From Felis catus (taxonomy: Eukaryota): 64,000 bases of DNA. Position 1 is the stretch's first letter. Every line of letters starts with the position of its first letter. Below are positions 12,241 to 23,796 of this stretch, piece after piece. The position numbers and the translations under genes were made by a program. The notes beneath the pieces were generated by a model. That model searched no databases. It saw only the letters and a program-made list of their open reading frames with translations, and was not told the DNA's origin. The stretch lies in assembly GCF_018350175.1 (NCBI RefSeq), contig NC_058368.1, positions 16,184,001 through 16,248,000 on the forward strand. The letters are read 5' to 3'.

Positions 12241-12464
12241 TTTTTTTTTAATTTTTTTTTTCAACGTTTATTTATTTTTGGGACAGAGAGAGACAGAGCA
12301 TGAATGGGGGAGGGGCAGAGAGAGAGGGAGACACAGAATCGGAAACAGGCTCCAGGCTCTGAGCCATCAGCCCAGAGCCTGACGTGGGGCTCGAACTCAC
12401 GGACCGCGAGATCGTGACCTGGCTGAAGTCGGACGCTTAACCGACTGCGCCACCCAGGCGCCCC
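12241..12464 (-). mobile_element. Young cat-type SINE (SINEC_Fc)
   Basis: Near-consensus, CpG-rich; perfect 15-bp TSD gagacttacaatctt (12226-12240, 12465-12479). Confidence 0.97.
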
Positions 12465-12789
12465 GAGACTTACAATCTTATTGAAATTGCTGGAACATAA
12501 CACAGGCAATATAAATAATACAAAGCTAAATGGAATATTTTTAAATGATAAAATATTTGCCCTGGAGAATTCCATTATTAGTCAGAAGGAAGAGACTAGT
12601 TTCACTTGAAGGTGTTACAAAATATGTATCAGGATCTCCAGCTCACAGTTCATTAGAATGTAAGGCCACCTCAAGAAATATTGCTAACATTTCTTTTGTA
12701 TGGCAGTGGTTTCTTTTCCTTACAAAATTGGAAAAAGGTAAACTGAAGCATGAGTTAACAGTAGGACTGACTGTGATGAGTGAAAGTGT

Positions 12790-13268
12790 GAAGGAAAAAT
12801 TTGGACAGAGGAATAGACATAGGGAGAACTTCATAGGAAGATTGGAGTTTTGCAACCAGCCAAGGAACTACTAGTAGCTAGAAGAAAAGCCTGGAACAGA
12901 TCCTTAGAGCCTTCGGAGGGAGCTGCCTCTGACTATACCATGATCTCAGACTTCTAATGTTCAGGATTGTGAGACGTTAACATTTCTGTTTAAGATACTC
13001 TGTAGTACTTTGTTGGGCTGTCTGTGTGGCTCAGTCAGTTGGGTGTCTGACTCTTGATTTTGACTCAGGTCATGATCTGACGGTGGGATGGAGTCCAGCA
13101 TCGGGCTCTGCACTGGCAGCACAGAGCCTGCTTAGCATTCTCTGTCACCCTCTCTCCCTGCCCTTCCCCTGCTTGCTCTCTCTCTCACTCTCTCTCAAAA
13201 ATAAATAAACATTTTTTAAAAAAGATATTCTGTAGTATTTTGTTAACAGCATTCCTCAAAAACTAATA
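12790..13268 (+). mobile_element. MLT1 (MaLR) LTR with an inserted SINE
   Basis: 'agccaaggaac...gcctggaacagatccttagagccttcggaggg...tctcagacttct...tgtgaga' and terminal 'aaactaata'. Confidence 0.8.
13015..13221 (+). mobile_element. CAN-SINE
   Basis: Head, body and tail; ~23-bp TSD with 2 mismatches (12992-13014, 13222-13244). Confidence 0.93.
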
Positions 13269-15565
13269 TGCCATCTTATCTACACCTAGCGTTTCAACTA
13301 CTATCGTAAACCTACAGTTTTCTGGGGAAGAGATTTCCAAACTGTGTGCCCCCAAACACTGATCCCTGGAGAGGCTCCACAAAGAAGGATGTTAAGGACA
13401 AACACCTGGAGTTTTAGAAGACACTGTAAAAAACTTGTTTCTTGAGAGTCCTGCAGTCAGTGAAGAGTCAGAATTCCTCCCATATGTGACCATATAACAC
13501 TTTCTGATTATAACATGTTTTGAGAAATTCATTCTGGCCATATGTGTATAGTACAATGAACTGCAGGCTTTCAAAGTGTTACTGTTGCTTGATTAGTAAA
13601 CCTCCAATACAAAGCAATTGATGTCATAAATATATGTTTTAAATATATTTTTTAAATTTGGGGCAATTTTAACACCTTTTGTTATAACTTCTAATGCTCT
13701 TCCTCAAACCCATTTTGCTAATTGCTGTTCTAGAGACATCTTAAAACTGACTTCAAATGGTATGCTGTATTGTGTGTGTGTTCTAAAATACATGATTACA
13801 TATTTTGGATCACCAAATGCATAACAACTTTTACTTAAAGTGCGGTTAGTCTAAATTTATTTCTGTAAATAAATTGGAGAGTTGAAATAATTTAGGATGA
13901 ACACACGAGCCTGAAAATTGCAGTTCTCCACTTAATTATTTTGTAAATACTGCTTTAAAAATAAACATATTATATGAGGATGAATCCCAAGTGTCAACTT
14001 TTCCTATCTACAGGATAGCACCAACCTCTTGTTAGTCTTTATCCATCATAATTCTGAATATCAATAGGGTAGAACACCATATTTTCTTCTTGGAAACATT
14101 TCCTTTTATCTTCAATAAGGGGAAGTTTTCTCTGATCAGCATCTTAGAAGTCATTCAGTTCCACTTAGAGTTAATTGGTGATCATTTCATTTTATGCTTA
14201 TTTTAGATAGTTATGTTTTTCTGTCTTATTTTCATTGTTTGGAGGGGGTTGTTATGTTTATGGGAGATTGCTGTTATATTCTATTTGCTAAACTTACTGC
14301 TAATTTGCTCTTTTGCCCTATGCTGTTTGTATGGCATCTGAATCAACTGCTTTACAAATGTTTCTTCAGCCACATAGATGCAACTTTGAACAGAATAAAT
14401 TGGCAGACAAGACCACATAGACACTGAGAGTGTAGAGCAATAATAATCAGTCCTTAAGTCAACCAGGGTTTGCTCCTTTAGGGCATACTTTTTGCATTGT
14501 GTCACAAGAATAATTTGTGAGAAATGTTTGTACCAGAAATGTAGGGAAACACCCATAGCTTTGAATACTTTGTACTTCTTATGAAGGCTTAGCTTGTGAA
14601 GTTGGCAGATTTGGGTTTTACTGAAAGAAAATAGCTAATTACCACACCATTCTTTTCCTAGATGAGTTAAGTGGCTTTAAAAGAAGTTTAGCATTGCCTC
14701 ACACATAGCAAAAGAAAGCCAACAAGGACAGAAGATAATTTCCAACTCTAAATGACCCTGTGGGTCCCATGTCTATAAATATAGATGTCTCAAAGCCAAG
14801 AAAAATAAGTATCACATAAAACTCTTGGCCTTTTATGCATTAGTACTATTGACTATTATTAGGGAAGAAAGAGCATAGCAAACTAAGCTTGTGGTAAACT
14901 TAGTTTACTTTATCATTAAAGATTTTGACTCTAAGGCCTAGTATTTTCTTAACCAAACATCTTTAGACTACATAGTCCTTCCTAATCATTACGTTCTGCC
15001 CACAGTGAGGTTGCTTTTCCTCTTCCCGATCTAGACATCATTCACAGTCTATAGGATATAAGAGGCATATGCCTGAGTATTTATCATTCTGCACCATTAG
15101 CACAGAGGCCACATTAAGAATTTTGTACTACCTGAAGGGTTAATTTTGTGTGTTTGGAGTTCCCTGAGTCTGTTAAATTCTTTAATCAGCTCTTTGCCTG
15201 CTTTGCTACTGTGGCAAACTTTTAAACTGAAATAATTTCCAAGCCAGTTGGTCAGGGTCTTGGCAGTGTTTGAAGGTCAAAATGCTTTTCAGAGATTGTC
15301 CCATAGAGTTGCCAAAAGTTTGGGGCTGCATGTGGTGGATGAGAAAGCAAGAACCTCATTTTTCCTATGAATTCTTGTCACAATCTTTGTTGGTAAGGAT
15401 GAATTTAGCATTTTCTTCTCCTTGCTAATCTAGCTTTTCTCAGAGAAATATGCAGTACCCTGTTATAATGCAGCTGCTAGGCAGATTACCTAGGTTTGTG
15501 TTTTTGTTTTTGTTTTTGTAGAGGACAGTGAGTAATCTGAATGGATTTTACAAGGGATGTGTGTT

Positions 15566-15568
<3 letters not shown>

Positions 15569-15612
<44 letters not shown>
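15569..15612. repeat. (GT)n microsatellite
   Basis: Direct reading. Confidence 0.97.
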
Positions 15613-15613
<1 letters not shown>

Positions 15614-15859
15614 TGTTTGTTGCCTGTGGATATTTGATGGAATGAATGAAGGAGGGAGGGAGAGAGAAGGAGACAGAGTGAGAGGGAAAAAGTGGTACCT
15701 TCAGTAGGAAGTTGAAATGGGGTGAAAGAGCAGAGATGCATGAAGGAGATACTTAGGAAGTTTGTTCATGCACAATATATTCCCCTTCTCTATTTCCCCA
15801 AGCAATAGTGTAGAAACTTGTGTTTCTTCATTTACCCTGGTTGTTCATTTTGAAAATTA

Positions 15860-17075
15860 AAAAAATGGAACACCTGTAAACCCTTTACATAGATCCATTT
15901 ATTTTTTTATGATTTTGCCGCGTTTGCTTTTCTCCCTCCACACACAAATTGTCATTTGGTGAATCATTTGAAAGTAAATTGTGCACATCATGGCACCTCA
16001 ATTCCAGATACTTTAGCATATGACTTCTAAGAATAAAGATTCTCCTATGCAGCCATTATTGAACATAGAGATTTTAACAATAATTCAATAATATAAAACA
16101 CCATCATCTCATATTCAAATTTCTCCAATGGCCTAGAAAAGTTTTTAGAGCTAGTTCTTTTTTAATTTTTTAAAAAAATCCAAGATCCATTCAAGATTCC
16201 TCTCTTGTATTTGAATGGTTATGTCTCTTTAGTGTCTTTCCACCTGGAACAGTGTTCTGCTCACCCTCTGTTTTTTCCTCTGACATTGACTTTTTGAGGC
16301 ATTCAGGCAAGTTGTCATACAAAATGGTTCACGTTCTGGGTTTGTCTGACTGTTTCTTCATGATTAGATTAATGTTGAGCATTTTGGGGGAGAATTCTAG
16401 ATGATATTATGTAATTTTTATTGTATCACATAATTACCAGATGTCCAACTGTCATTTGGTTAAGTTGCTAAATGCCAGATCTCCATTGTAAAACCATATT
16501 CTCTCCTTTCTAATCGTAAGAAATTTGTGGGGCGATAGCCTGACTCCGTGTAAAAATTCTGTTTTCGAGAAAGACATACCATATGTTTTCACTCTTATGT
16601 GGATCCTGAGAAACTTAACAGAAACCCATGGGGGAGGGGAAGGAAAAAAAAAAGAGGTTAGAGTGGGAGAGAGCCGAAGCATAAGAGACTCTTAAAAACT
16701 GAGAACAAACTGAGGGTTGATGGGGAGTGGGAGGGAGGGGAGGGTGGGTGATGGGTATTGAGGAGGGCACCTTTTGGGATGAGCACTGGGTGTTGTATGG
16801 AAACCAACTTGACAATAAATTTCATATATTGAAACAAAATTAAAAAAAATAAAAGCAGAGAGAAAAAAATTCTGTTTTCAACAATCTTTCACTCAATAAT
16901 CTTACCTCTTTGATGAGTCAATTATTATACTGGAGGTTTAAAAATACATTTTTAAAAAATTCTGTCACTTTTCCCACATTTATTAGAGTTTCTTCTCTCT
17001 CTCTTACTCTCTGTTTTAGCTATCTCTACTGACTCATGGCTTCCCTGTGTTATTACCTATAACTTTTATTGTTAT
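15860..17075 (-). mobile_element. Ancient L1 3' region (L1MC4/5-like)
   Basis: 'aatcatttgaaagtaaattg..cacatcatggc', 'ggttatgtctctttagt', 'tttgtctgactgtttcttcatgattagatt' L1MC 3'UTR blocks. Confidence 0.72.
16567..16864 (+). mobile_element. 5'-truncated young feline L1 3' end (L1_Fc-like)
   Basis: End of ORF2 plus G-rich 3'UTR, AATAAA, A tail; 15-bp TSD aaaaattctgttttc (16552-16566, 16865-16879). Confidence 0.92.
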
Positions 17076-17077
17076 TC

Positions 17078-17200
17078 TTTTTTGATTGACGTATAATTAA
17101 CATACAGTGTTACATTAGTTTTAGGTATACAATATAATGATTTAATAATTCTGTACATTACCGAGTACCCATCAAGGTAAGTGTACTCTTAATTTTCTTT
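17078..17200 (-). mobile_element. Carnivore L1 3' terminal fragment
   Basis: 'tataattaacatacagtgttacattagttttaggtatacaatataatgatt'. Confidence 0.75.
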
Positions 17201-17224
17201 ATTTCTATTACCATCTTAATCATT

Positions 17225-17582
17225 TTACAGTATAGTAGTGTTAATTATGTCAACATTGTGCAACAGATCAGTAGAGCTTTTTCATCTGGCAAAAGTGAAA
17301 CAACACCCACTGAACTCCTCTTTTTCCTCTACTCTCAGCCCCTAGTTAGTGCCATTCTACTTTCTGCTTTTAAGAGGTTAACTACTTAGATATCTCATAA
17401 GTGGAATCATGCAGTATTTATATTTTGTGACTGGCTCTTTTTCGCTTAGCATAGTATCCTCAAAGTTCACCAATGTAGTAGCATATGACAAAATTGTCTT
17501 CTTTTGGGGGCCGAATAATATTCCATTGCATTAATATACCACATTTCCCATGTCCATTCGTCCTTCAGTGGACATCTAGGTC
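17225..17582 (-). mobile_element. L1MA/MB-type 3' fragment
   Basis: 'ataagtggaatcatgcagtattt...gaataatattccattg...ataccacattt'. Confidence 0.8.
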
Positions 17583-17584
17583 AC

Positions 17585-17726
17585 TAGATGAGGGGATGGG
17601 CCAAATAGGTGATGAGCATTAAAAAGGGCACTTGTTGGGATAAGCAATGGGTGTTATACGGAAGTGATGAATCACTGGGTTCTACTCCTGAAACCAATAC
17701 TATACTGCATGTTAACTAACTTGAAT

Positions 17727-17774
<48 letters not shown>

Positions 17775-17776
17775 AT
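17585..17776 (+). mobile_element. Carnivore L1 3' end with (TAAA)n tail
   Basis: 'gggcacttgttgggataagca...gatgaatcactgggttctactcctgaaaccaatac' followed by a TAAA array. Confidence 0.85.
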
Positions 17777-17810
17777 GTAAAGAAATAATGACACACACAC
17801 ACACACACAA

Positions 17811-18243
17811 ATAACCAGTTGACTTCAAGTTAAAGTGAGATCATTCTGGGAGGGTCTGATCTAATCAGGTGAGCTCATTAAAAGAAGTCTCATGCTTTTC
17901 ATGAATTCGGAGGTTTGAACTAGCAGCCTCTTTGTTTCTCTGTCAATTTTTCTCTATCTCCTGTTCTCTTTTGCTGTCTTTGAAGAAACAAGTTTCTGTG
18001 AATTCTACAGTTATAAGAAAATTACTTCTGCCAACATTCTGAGGGATCTTGGAAGTGGGTTGTTCTCTAGTCAAACCTCAAGATGAGAGTACGGCATAGC
18101 TGACACCTTGATTTCAGTCTTGTGAAACCCTGAGTAGATAAGCCAGTTAAGTTTTACTTAGATTCCTGACGCACTTAATAAATGTGTTATTTTAAGTCAA
18201 AAGTGTGTGATATTTTGTAAAGCAGCAATAGATAAAGAATATA
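17811..18243 (+). mobile_element. MLT1E/D-like LTR
   Basis: 'ctaatcaggtgagc...cttctgccaaca...gctgacaccttgatttcagtcttgtgaaaccctgag...gcagcaatagataa'. Confidence 0.82.
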
Positions 18244-18439
18244 AATGTTGAATACATATGCAGCAAATATTAAAAACCTCTAAATATATAACTCAATAAC
18301 TTACAGAATTGTGAGAATAGATTACTCAAAAATTGATGTGAAGAGTTTGAGATACTTCTCTCAGAAAATGATGAACAAATCAAATTTAAATATAAAGAGA
18401 TAAAAGGCTTAAATATGATTAATAATCTAATATGTATTT

Positions 18440-18592
18440 AGGTTATAGTATTATCTGAACCCACGAGACCAGATGAATTTCACAATTTAGATTTTTTTGT
18501 TATAAAGAAAAATGATATAAAACATATGCTGTATATTATCCCTGGAGGGATCTAGCACAAGACTCCATGATCAAATCTTAGTATGTCTATAG

Positions 18593-18636
<44 letters not shown>

Positions 18637-18784
18637 CACTAAGTACCTGCCTATCAGTTAGGGTAGGTTTTTGTCAACGAATCTATTCAGGTCAGCTTAG
18701 ATTTTTCCAACAAATAAGTTTAAAAAATTTTAACTATGGAGACTTTTGGGTTTTAGAATTGCAAATAAAGGATTATAGTCTTGT
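18440..18784 (+). mobile_element. MER96B-like DNA transposon
   Basis: 'ttatctgaaccc...ccagatg..tttcacaatttagattttt' and 3' 'gaattgcaaataaaggattatagtcttgta'. Confidence 0.68.
18595..18634 (+). repeat. Pure poly(A), 40 nt
   Basis: Direct count. Confidence 0.95.
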
Positions 18785-18912
18785 ATTTTATATGTAACTT
18801 TACATCCCCAAATATGAGAATCCATATTCTTTTTGAGCATGCAGATGACGTTTACAAATATTAGCCTTGTGTTGGGCAAACATTTCTTTTCTTTTTTTTG
18901 TTTCTGTTTTTT

Positions 18913-19058
18913 TGTATGTATACGAGATGATGGATGTTTAACTAAACCTACTGTGGTAATCATTTCTCAATACGTGTAAGTCAAATCATTATGTTGTATA
19001 CCTTAAATTGTATACTGTGCTGTAGGTCAGTTATATCTCAATAAAACTGGGGAAAAAA
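18913..19058 (+). mobile_element. L1 3' terminal fragment
   Basis: 'actgtggtaatcatttc...caaatcattatgttgtatacctta...tatatctcaataaaactggg'. Confidence 0.82.
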
Positions 19059-19089
19059 GATTGAAAAATGAAGAAGAAAATCACCTTCC

Positions 19090-19635
19090 CATGCAGCGCA
19101 TCTGACAGTATGCCAGCAGGAGTACCACCTGCTTCTGGCAATGGACAGTCACCTCCGTTTTGGGGCAGGGGAATGCAGCCTGCTTCCATTTATTTGGGTG
19201 TGAGGTAGAAGACCAGCTCCTCACTTAGCCTGTTGGGTCTGCAATGGGCAGAGGCACGGAAGAGGGTTTTTCAGTGGTGTCTGGCCGAAGTACAGCAGGT
19301 GTTGCTGAAATTGTTAGGCTACCCTTTCTTCAGTCCCTTGGCTACTGGAAACAGGCTTTTCTTGGAGCTCACTTTGTCTGTCTGTTGCTTGTTCTGGCTT
19401 GGAGGCTTCTACAGCACCTCTTCTGAGATGCAAGGAGGCAGCAAGGAAACTCAGGGAACCCGCATACCTCTGTGATGTTCCTCAAGGTCCGAGGTCCCTA
19501 ATTTGTCAGATTTCTGTAGTCTTCCTTTTAGGGTCTTCCTGTACTTTTTGGTTGAGTTATATCCAGGGATTCTAGTTGTAACAGGGAGGATGTAGGAGGA
19601 ATGAGGCTACTTCATCTTGGTAGAACTGAGAGTTT
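19090..19635 (-). mobile_element. Old L1 5'UTR fragment (L1MC/L1M4-like)
   Basis: 'tatatccagggattctagttgta...gggagga...ctacttcatcttgg' resembles an ancient L1 5' terminus. Confidence 0.55.
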
Positions 19636-19683
19636 TCCAAGCACTGTAATTTTTGTTGTTGGGGAAAGTGGAAGGTCACCTCA

Positions 19684-19686
<3 letters not shown>

Positions 19687-19730
<44 letters not shown>
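19687..19730. repeat. (TC)n microsatellite
   Basis: Direct reading. Confidence 0.97.
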
Positions 19731-19738
<8 letters not shown>

Positions 19739-20004
19739 GTGGTACATATTGTTAGAGAATAGGTTTTCAAATCATGCTACTCTGTTGACACTTTAGTGAG
19801 AGATTTCAACAGTGTTACTTCTAGTCTCTGTTTTCTCCAGGATCCAGGAATGCTTCCAATGAGAGAGGGGTTGTTTTGGAAACAGGCACATGTTATGCCA
19901 TAGTCAGAATTATCCCTGTGCCCTCTGGTTCATTCTTACCTTGGAGTGAATTCTCTCAGGAGGCTTGTTAGCCCTCATCCAGTAAGACTTTGATTTTCCT
20001 AGCC

Positions 20005-20205
20005 CAAGGTTTCTTAACCTCTGCACTATTGATATCTTGGACCAGATCATTCTTTGTTGGCTTTCCTGAGTATTGTAGGGTATTTAACAACATTCCTAGT
20101 CTCTACTCATTAGATTCCAGTAACAATCCTCCCCACTCCTACAGTTGTAACAAGCAAAAAGTCTTCAAACATTGAAAATGCCTTTTGCAGGGTAAAATTA
20201 TTCTG
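20005..20205 (+). mobile_element. MER20 (hAT-Charlie) DNA transposon
   Basis: 'ttcttaacctctgcactattgatatcttggaccagatcattctttgttg...ctctactcattagattccagt' matches recalled MER20. Confidence 0.88.
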
Positions 20206-21676
20206 CAAATAATAAAATCTCACCCTTATCATTGTTTTGAATGTACATTCTTACTGATTTGGGTAGAGATGGGAGGTGATTATTTAGAAGAGCCTATCTA
20301 TACTTTTGTTGAAGAGTGCTCCACAGGCACTGTGTCACTATGCCTGTGACCAAGTTTTTTATAAAAAGAATTGTGCAGAACAGAAGGAATGGCTTTAGTA
20401 GTGTTATGAGTTGGTACCCAAAAGCATATCCATAGATCATTCTCTGGGGCGGTATATACTTTCCTTGGGAAATCTATGCAGCCTGGGAGTTACTGAAAAT
20501 AAATTGTCTCTTCCATTAAGGGTAGACCTAATTGAAGAATAAATTTGAAGAAAATAGCAGGAAGATTTTATTTCCTTTATTGTTTTTATTGAGTTCCTCT
20601 CTCTATGCCCCAGATGGAAAGAGATTTGTATCCAATACTGTGGCTTTATTTCTGGGAGCCCCAGAGGCCTTTCTAGTAGTCTCTCCTGCCTTGCTATTTT
20701 CTTTGTAAGTTAAATATATATTTTAATATTTGGGAAGAATTTTATGGAATTTCACTTTATCCTCCAAAGAGTTCTATGCATTCCATATTCCAAATCATTG
20801 TGCCTAAATTGAATAAAAAATAATATGCCTATATTGAATATAAAACCATAAACACAACTCATTTTAAAATTCCATGCCTAAATTCATTTCTAAGATGAAA
20901 TAAAATGTTAAAGCACAATTTTTACATCCTGTAGCCTAGAATAAAACACAGATGACACTTGAGCCTATCTCTCTGGACCCAATGTTAGCAGTTAGGGCAA
21001 TATTTTATTTCAGCATAGACTGTAACCTTAAATTGTCACCTGAGAGGTGCTTGGGGATAAGCTTGACCAGCAGGCAGCACACCCTGGGAATCTAGATACA
21101 ATCATGAGGTAGAGGAGAGACTTAGGCACAAAACGAGACCTAAGTGATGAGCGATAGTTCCATCTGGCAGGACAAATAACAACTCCAGAGCATATGACAA
21201 GGCATGTTAGGGAATAATCCAGGTAGCAGGTTTTATGATATTTCTAAGCAGGCAGGCAGCAGAAGATGGTGCTGAGGCTCCAAAATGAAGGTCCCTATAA
21301 GGAATTGTCACATAGCAAATACAGGGTTTATGAACTGGGATCTAGTTCTTAGTGGGATTAGAAGATGGAAGTAGTAAGGTCTCAGAGGAGTGGGGAAGAT
21401 TGTAAGGCAAGAAATCTTACCCAGAGAAACCAATAGATACAGCCTATGAGTGGAAACCAAGTGAGGTGTTATTTCAGAAGCAAGGTAGAAGTCCTATTAC
21501 GAAAATTGTGTGTTGAAGTAAGGCTATGGCTGACTCATGTGAATCATTGAACTAGGATTTCTTAACTTCCCTACATCATATTCAAGACTGGATTGATGTC
21601 AGGTCCTGGATGAGTACTGAGTCTGCAGACGAGGGTCATACTACTGCTAACCTTGGAGGGAGAATTCTGTGAGAGT

Positions 21677-21950
21677 TGTCAATGTAAAATTGCACCGGAC
21701 AAGCTGAACTGGTAATAAAAATGTTATTAAAGACTGTTGCAAAAAGAGATAGAGACTGAACTCAACTCCATCAAAACAAAAGGCGGGAAAGTTTTTAAGC
21801 ACTAGAGTGAGCTAGTGAAAAAGTACTGAAGGATGTCAGCGGGGACCTTGGTCTATGTGATTAGGTTGTCTGTATTTGTTATTTGGTGCTTATTGAAGTT
21901 AGACTACAACCCTTTCACAGAGACTAGGGACATAGGCCCTGTCATTCTTT
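21677..21950 (-). mobile_element. ERV1-class LTR fragment (MER31/MER67-like)
   Basis: 'agagactgaactcaactcc...gtttttaagcactagagtgagctagtg' recalled motif. Confidence 0.55.
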
Positions 21951-23796
21951 AAATCAACAACAACAACAACAACAACATTACTTTTTTAAGACCACTTTTA
22001 GATAAACAGTAAACTTGAGAGGATGTTACAAGATTTCTCAAGGAATCTTTGCCCCTACTAATGCATAGCTTCCCTATTATTAACATCCCTCATGAGAGTT
22101 GCACATTTGTTACAACTGACGAAACTACATTGACAAATCAATCTTCTGAAGTTCATAGTTTGCACTACAGTTCACTCTTGGTTTTTTACATTCTATGGGT
22201 TTGGACATGATTCCATTATTATTTGGCATCAGACAGTATTTTCACTTTCCTAAAAATCTTCTGTGCTCTACCCATTCATCCCTTTTACATATTCAAACCC
22301 TAGCAACCACTGTTATTTTTACTGTCTCCATAAGTTTACACTTTCCAGAATGTCATGTAGTTAGAATCATACAGTATATAGCCTTTCAGATAGGCTTTTT
22401 TTTGCTTAGTAATATGCATTTAAAGCTCTTCTGTGTCTTTTCATTGTTTGACAGCTCATTTATTTTTAGTGTTGAATAATATCCCATTGTCTGGACATAT
22501 TTTTTAATTTATACATTAACTTATTGAAGGACATCTTGGTTGCTTCCAAGTTTTGGCAATTATGAATAAAGCTGCTATGAATCTCCTTGTGCAGGTTTTT
22601 GGGTGGACATAAGTTTTTCATGCCTTTGGGTAAATACCAGGGAATGTGACAGCTGGATTTTGTGGTAACAATATGTTTAGTATTGTAATAAACTGGAAAA
22701 CTGTCTTCCAGAGTGGCTGTACCATTTTGCATTCCTACCGGCAATGTATGAAAGTTCCCGTTGCTTTACATCCTCACCAACATTTGATGTCAGTGTTCTG
22801 GATTTAGGTCATTCTAATAGGTATTCTAGAAGTACCTAATTGTTGTTTTGATTTGCGTTTCCTAGATGGTGTAGGATGTGGAGAATCTTTTAATTTGCTT
22901 ATTTATCATTTGTATATCTTCTTTGGTGAGATGTCTGTTAATGTCTTTGGTACATTTTAAAATCAGATTGTTTTCTTATTGTTGACTTTAAGAGTTGTAT
23001 ACTTTGGATGACAGTCTTTTATCAGTTGTGTTTTGTAAATATTTATCTCAGTCTGTGGCTTGTCTCCTAATTTTCTTGACATTGTCTTTTGCAAAGAAAA
23101 AGTTTTTCATTTTAATAAAGTCCAACTTACCAATTATTTCTTTCATGACATGGTGTTGTGTCTAAAAAGTCATCTCCATACTCAAGGTCATCTAGGTTTT
23201 CTCTTATGTCATCTACTAGGAGTTTGATAGCTTTGCATTTTATAGTTAGGTCTATGATCCATTTGAATTAATTTTTAATTTTTATGCAAAGTATAAGTCC
23301 TGTATCTAGACTCGTTTTTTGTGTGTGGATGTCTGATGTTCCGGCATCATTTGTTGAAGAGACTGCCTTTGCTCCAATATATTGCCTTTGCTCGTTTGTC
23401 AAAGATCACCTGGATATATTTATATGGACCTATTTCTGGGCTCTCTATTCTGCTCCACTCGTCTGTTTGTATATTCTCTCACCAATACTATACTGTCTTG
23501 ATTGATTTAGCTTTATAGTAAGTCTTGATGTCTGGTAGTGTCACTCTTACAGTTTGTTCTTTTCCATCAGCATTGCATTGGCTATTCTGGGTCCTCTACC
23601 TCTCCATATAAACTTTAGAATTAATTTATCAATATCCAGAAAATAAATTGCTGAGAATTTGATTGGGATTGCACTGAATCTATAGATCAAATTTGGAGGA
23701 GCTGATATCTTTACAATACTGAGTCTATCAATGAACATAGTCCTTTTTATATCTTCTTTGATTTCATTCATTAGAATTTTGTAGTTTTCCTCATAC

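Larger units (their letters stand above)
18245..18880 (+). mobile_element. Very old L1 ORF2 endonuclease-region relic, interrupted by a MER96B-like element
   Basis: A-rich degraded EN-like text on both sides of the DNA transposon. Confidence 0.45.

Noticed and set aside
12261..12575. Recurring SINE-derived peptides (GAPGWRSRLSVRL, FEPRVRLCADSSEPGACF; also 31279, 35184, 56708, 61378)
   Set aside because: Translations of CAN-SINE consensus sequence, not a protein family.
16722..16748. G-quadruplex-forming G tracts
   Set aside because: Standard feature of L1 3'UTRs; explained by the element.
17078..17776. Opposed L1 pieces as a twin-priming inversion
   Set aside because: Each piece has its own 3' end or belongs to a different-aged subfamily, and there is no shared TSD.
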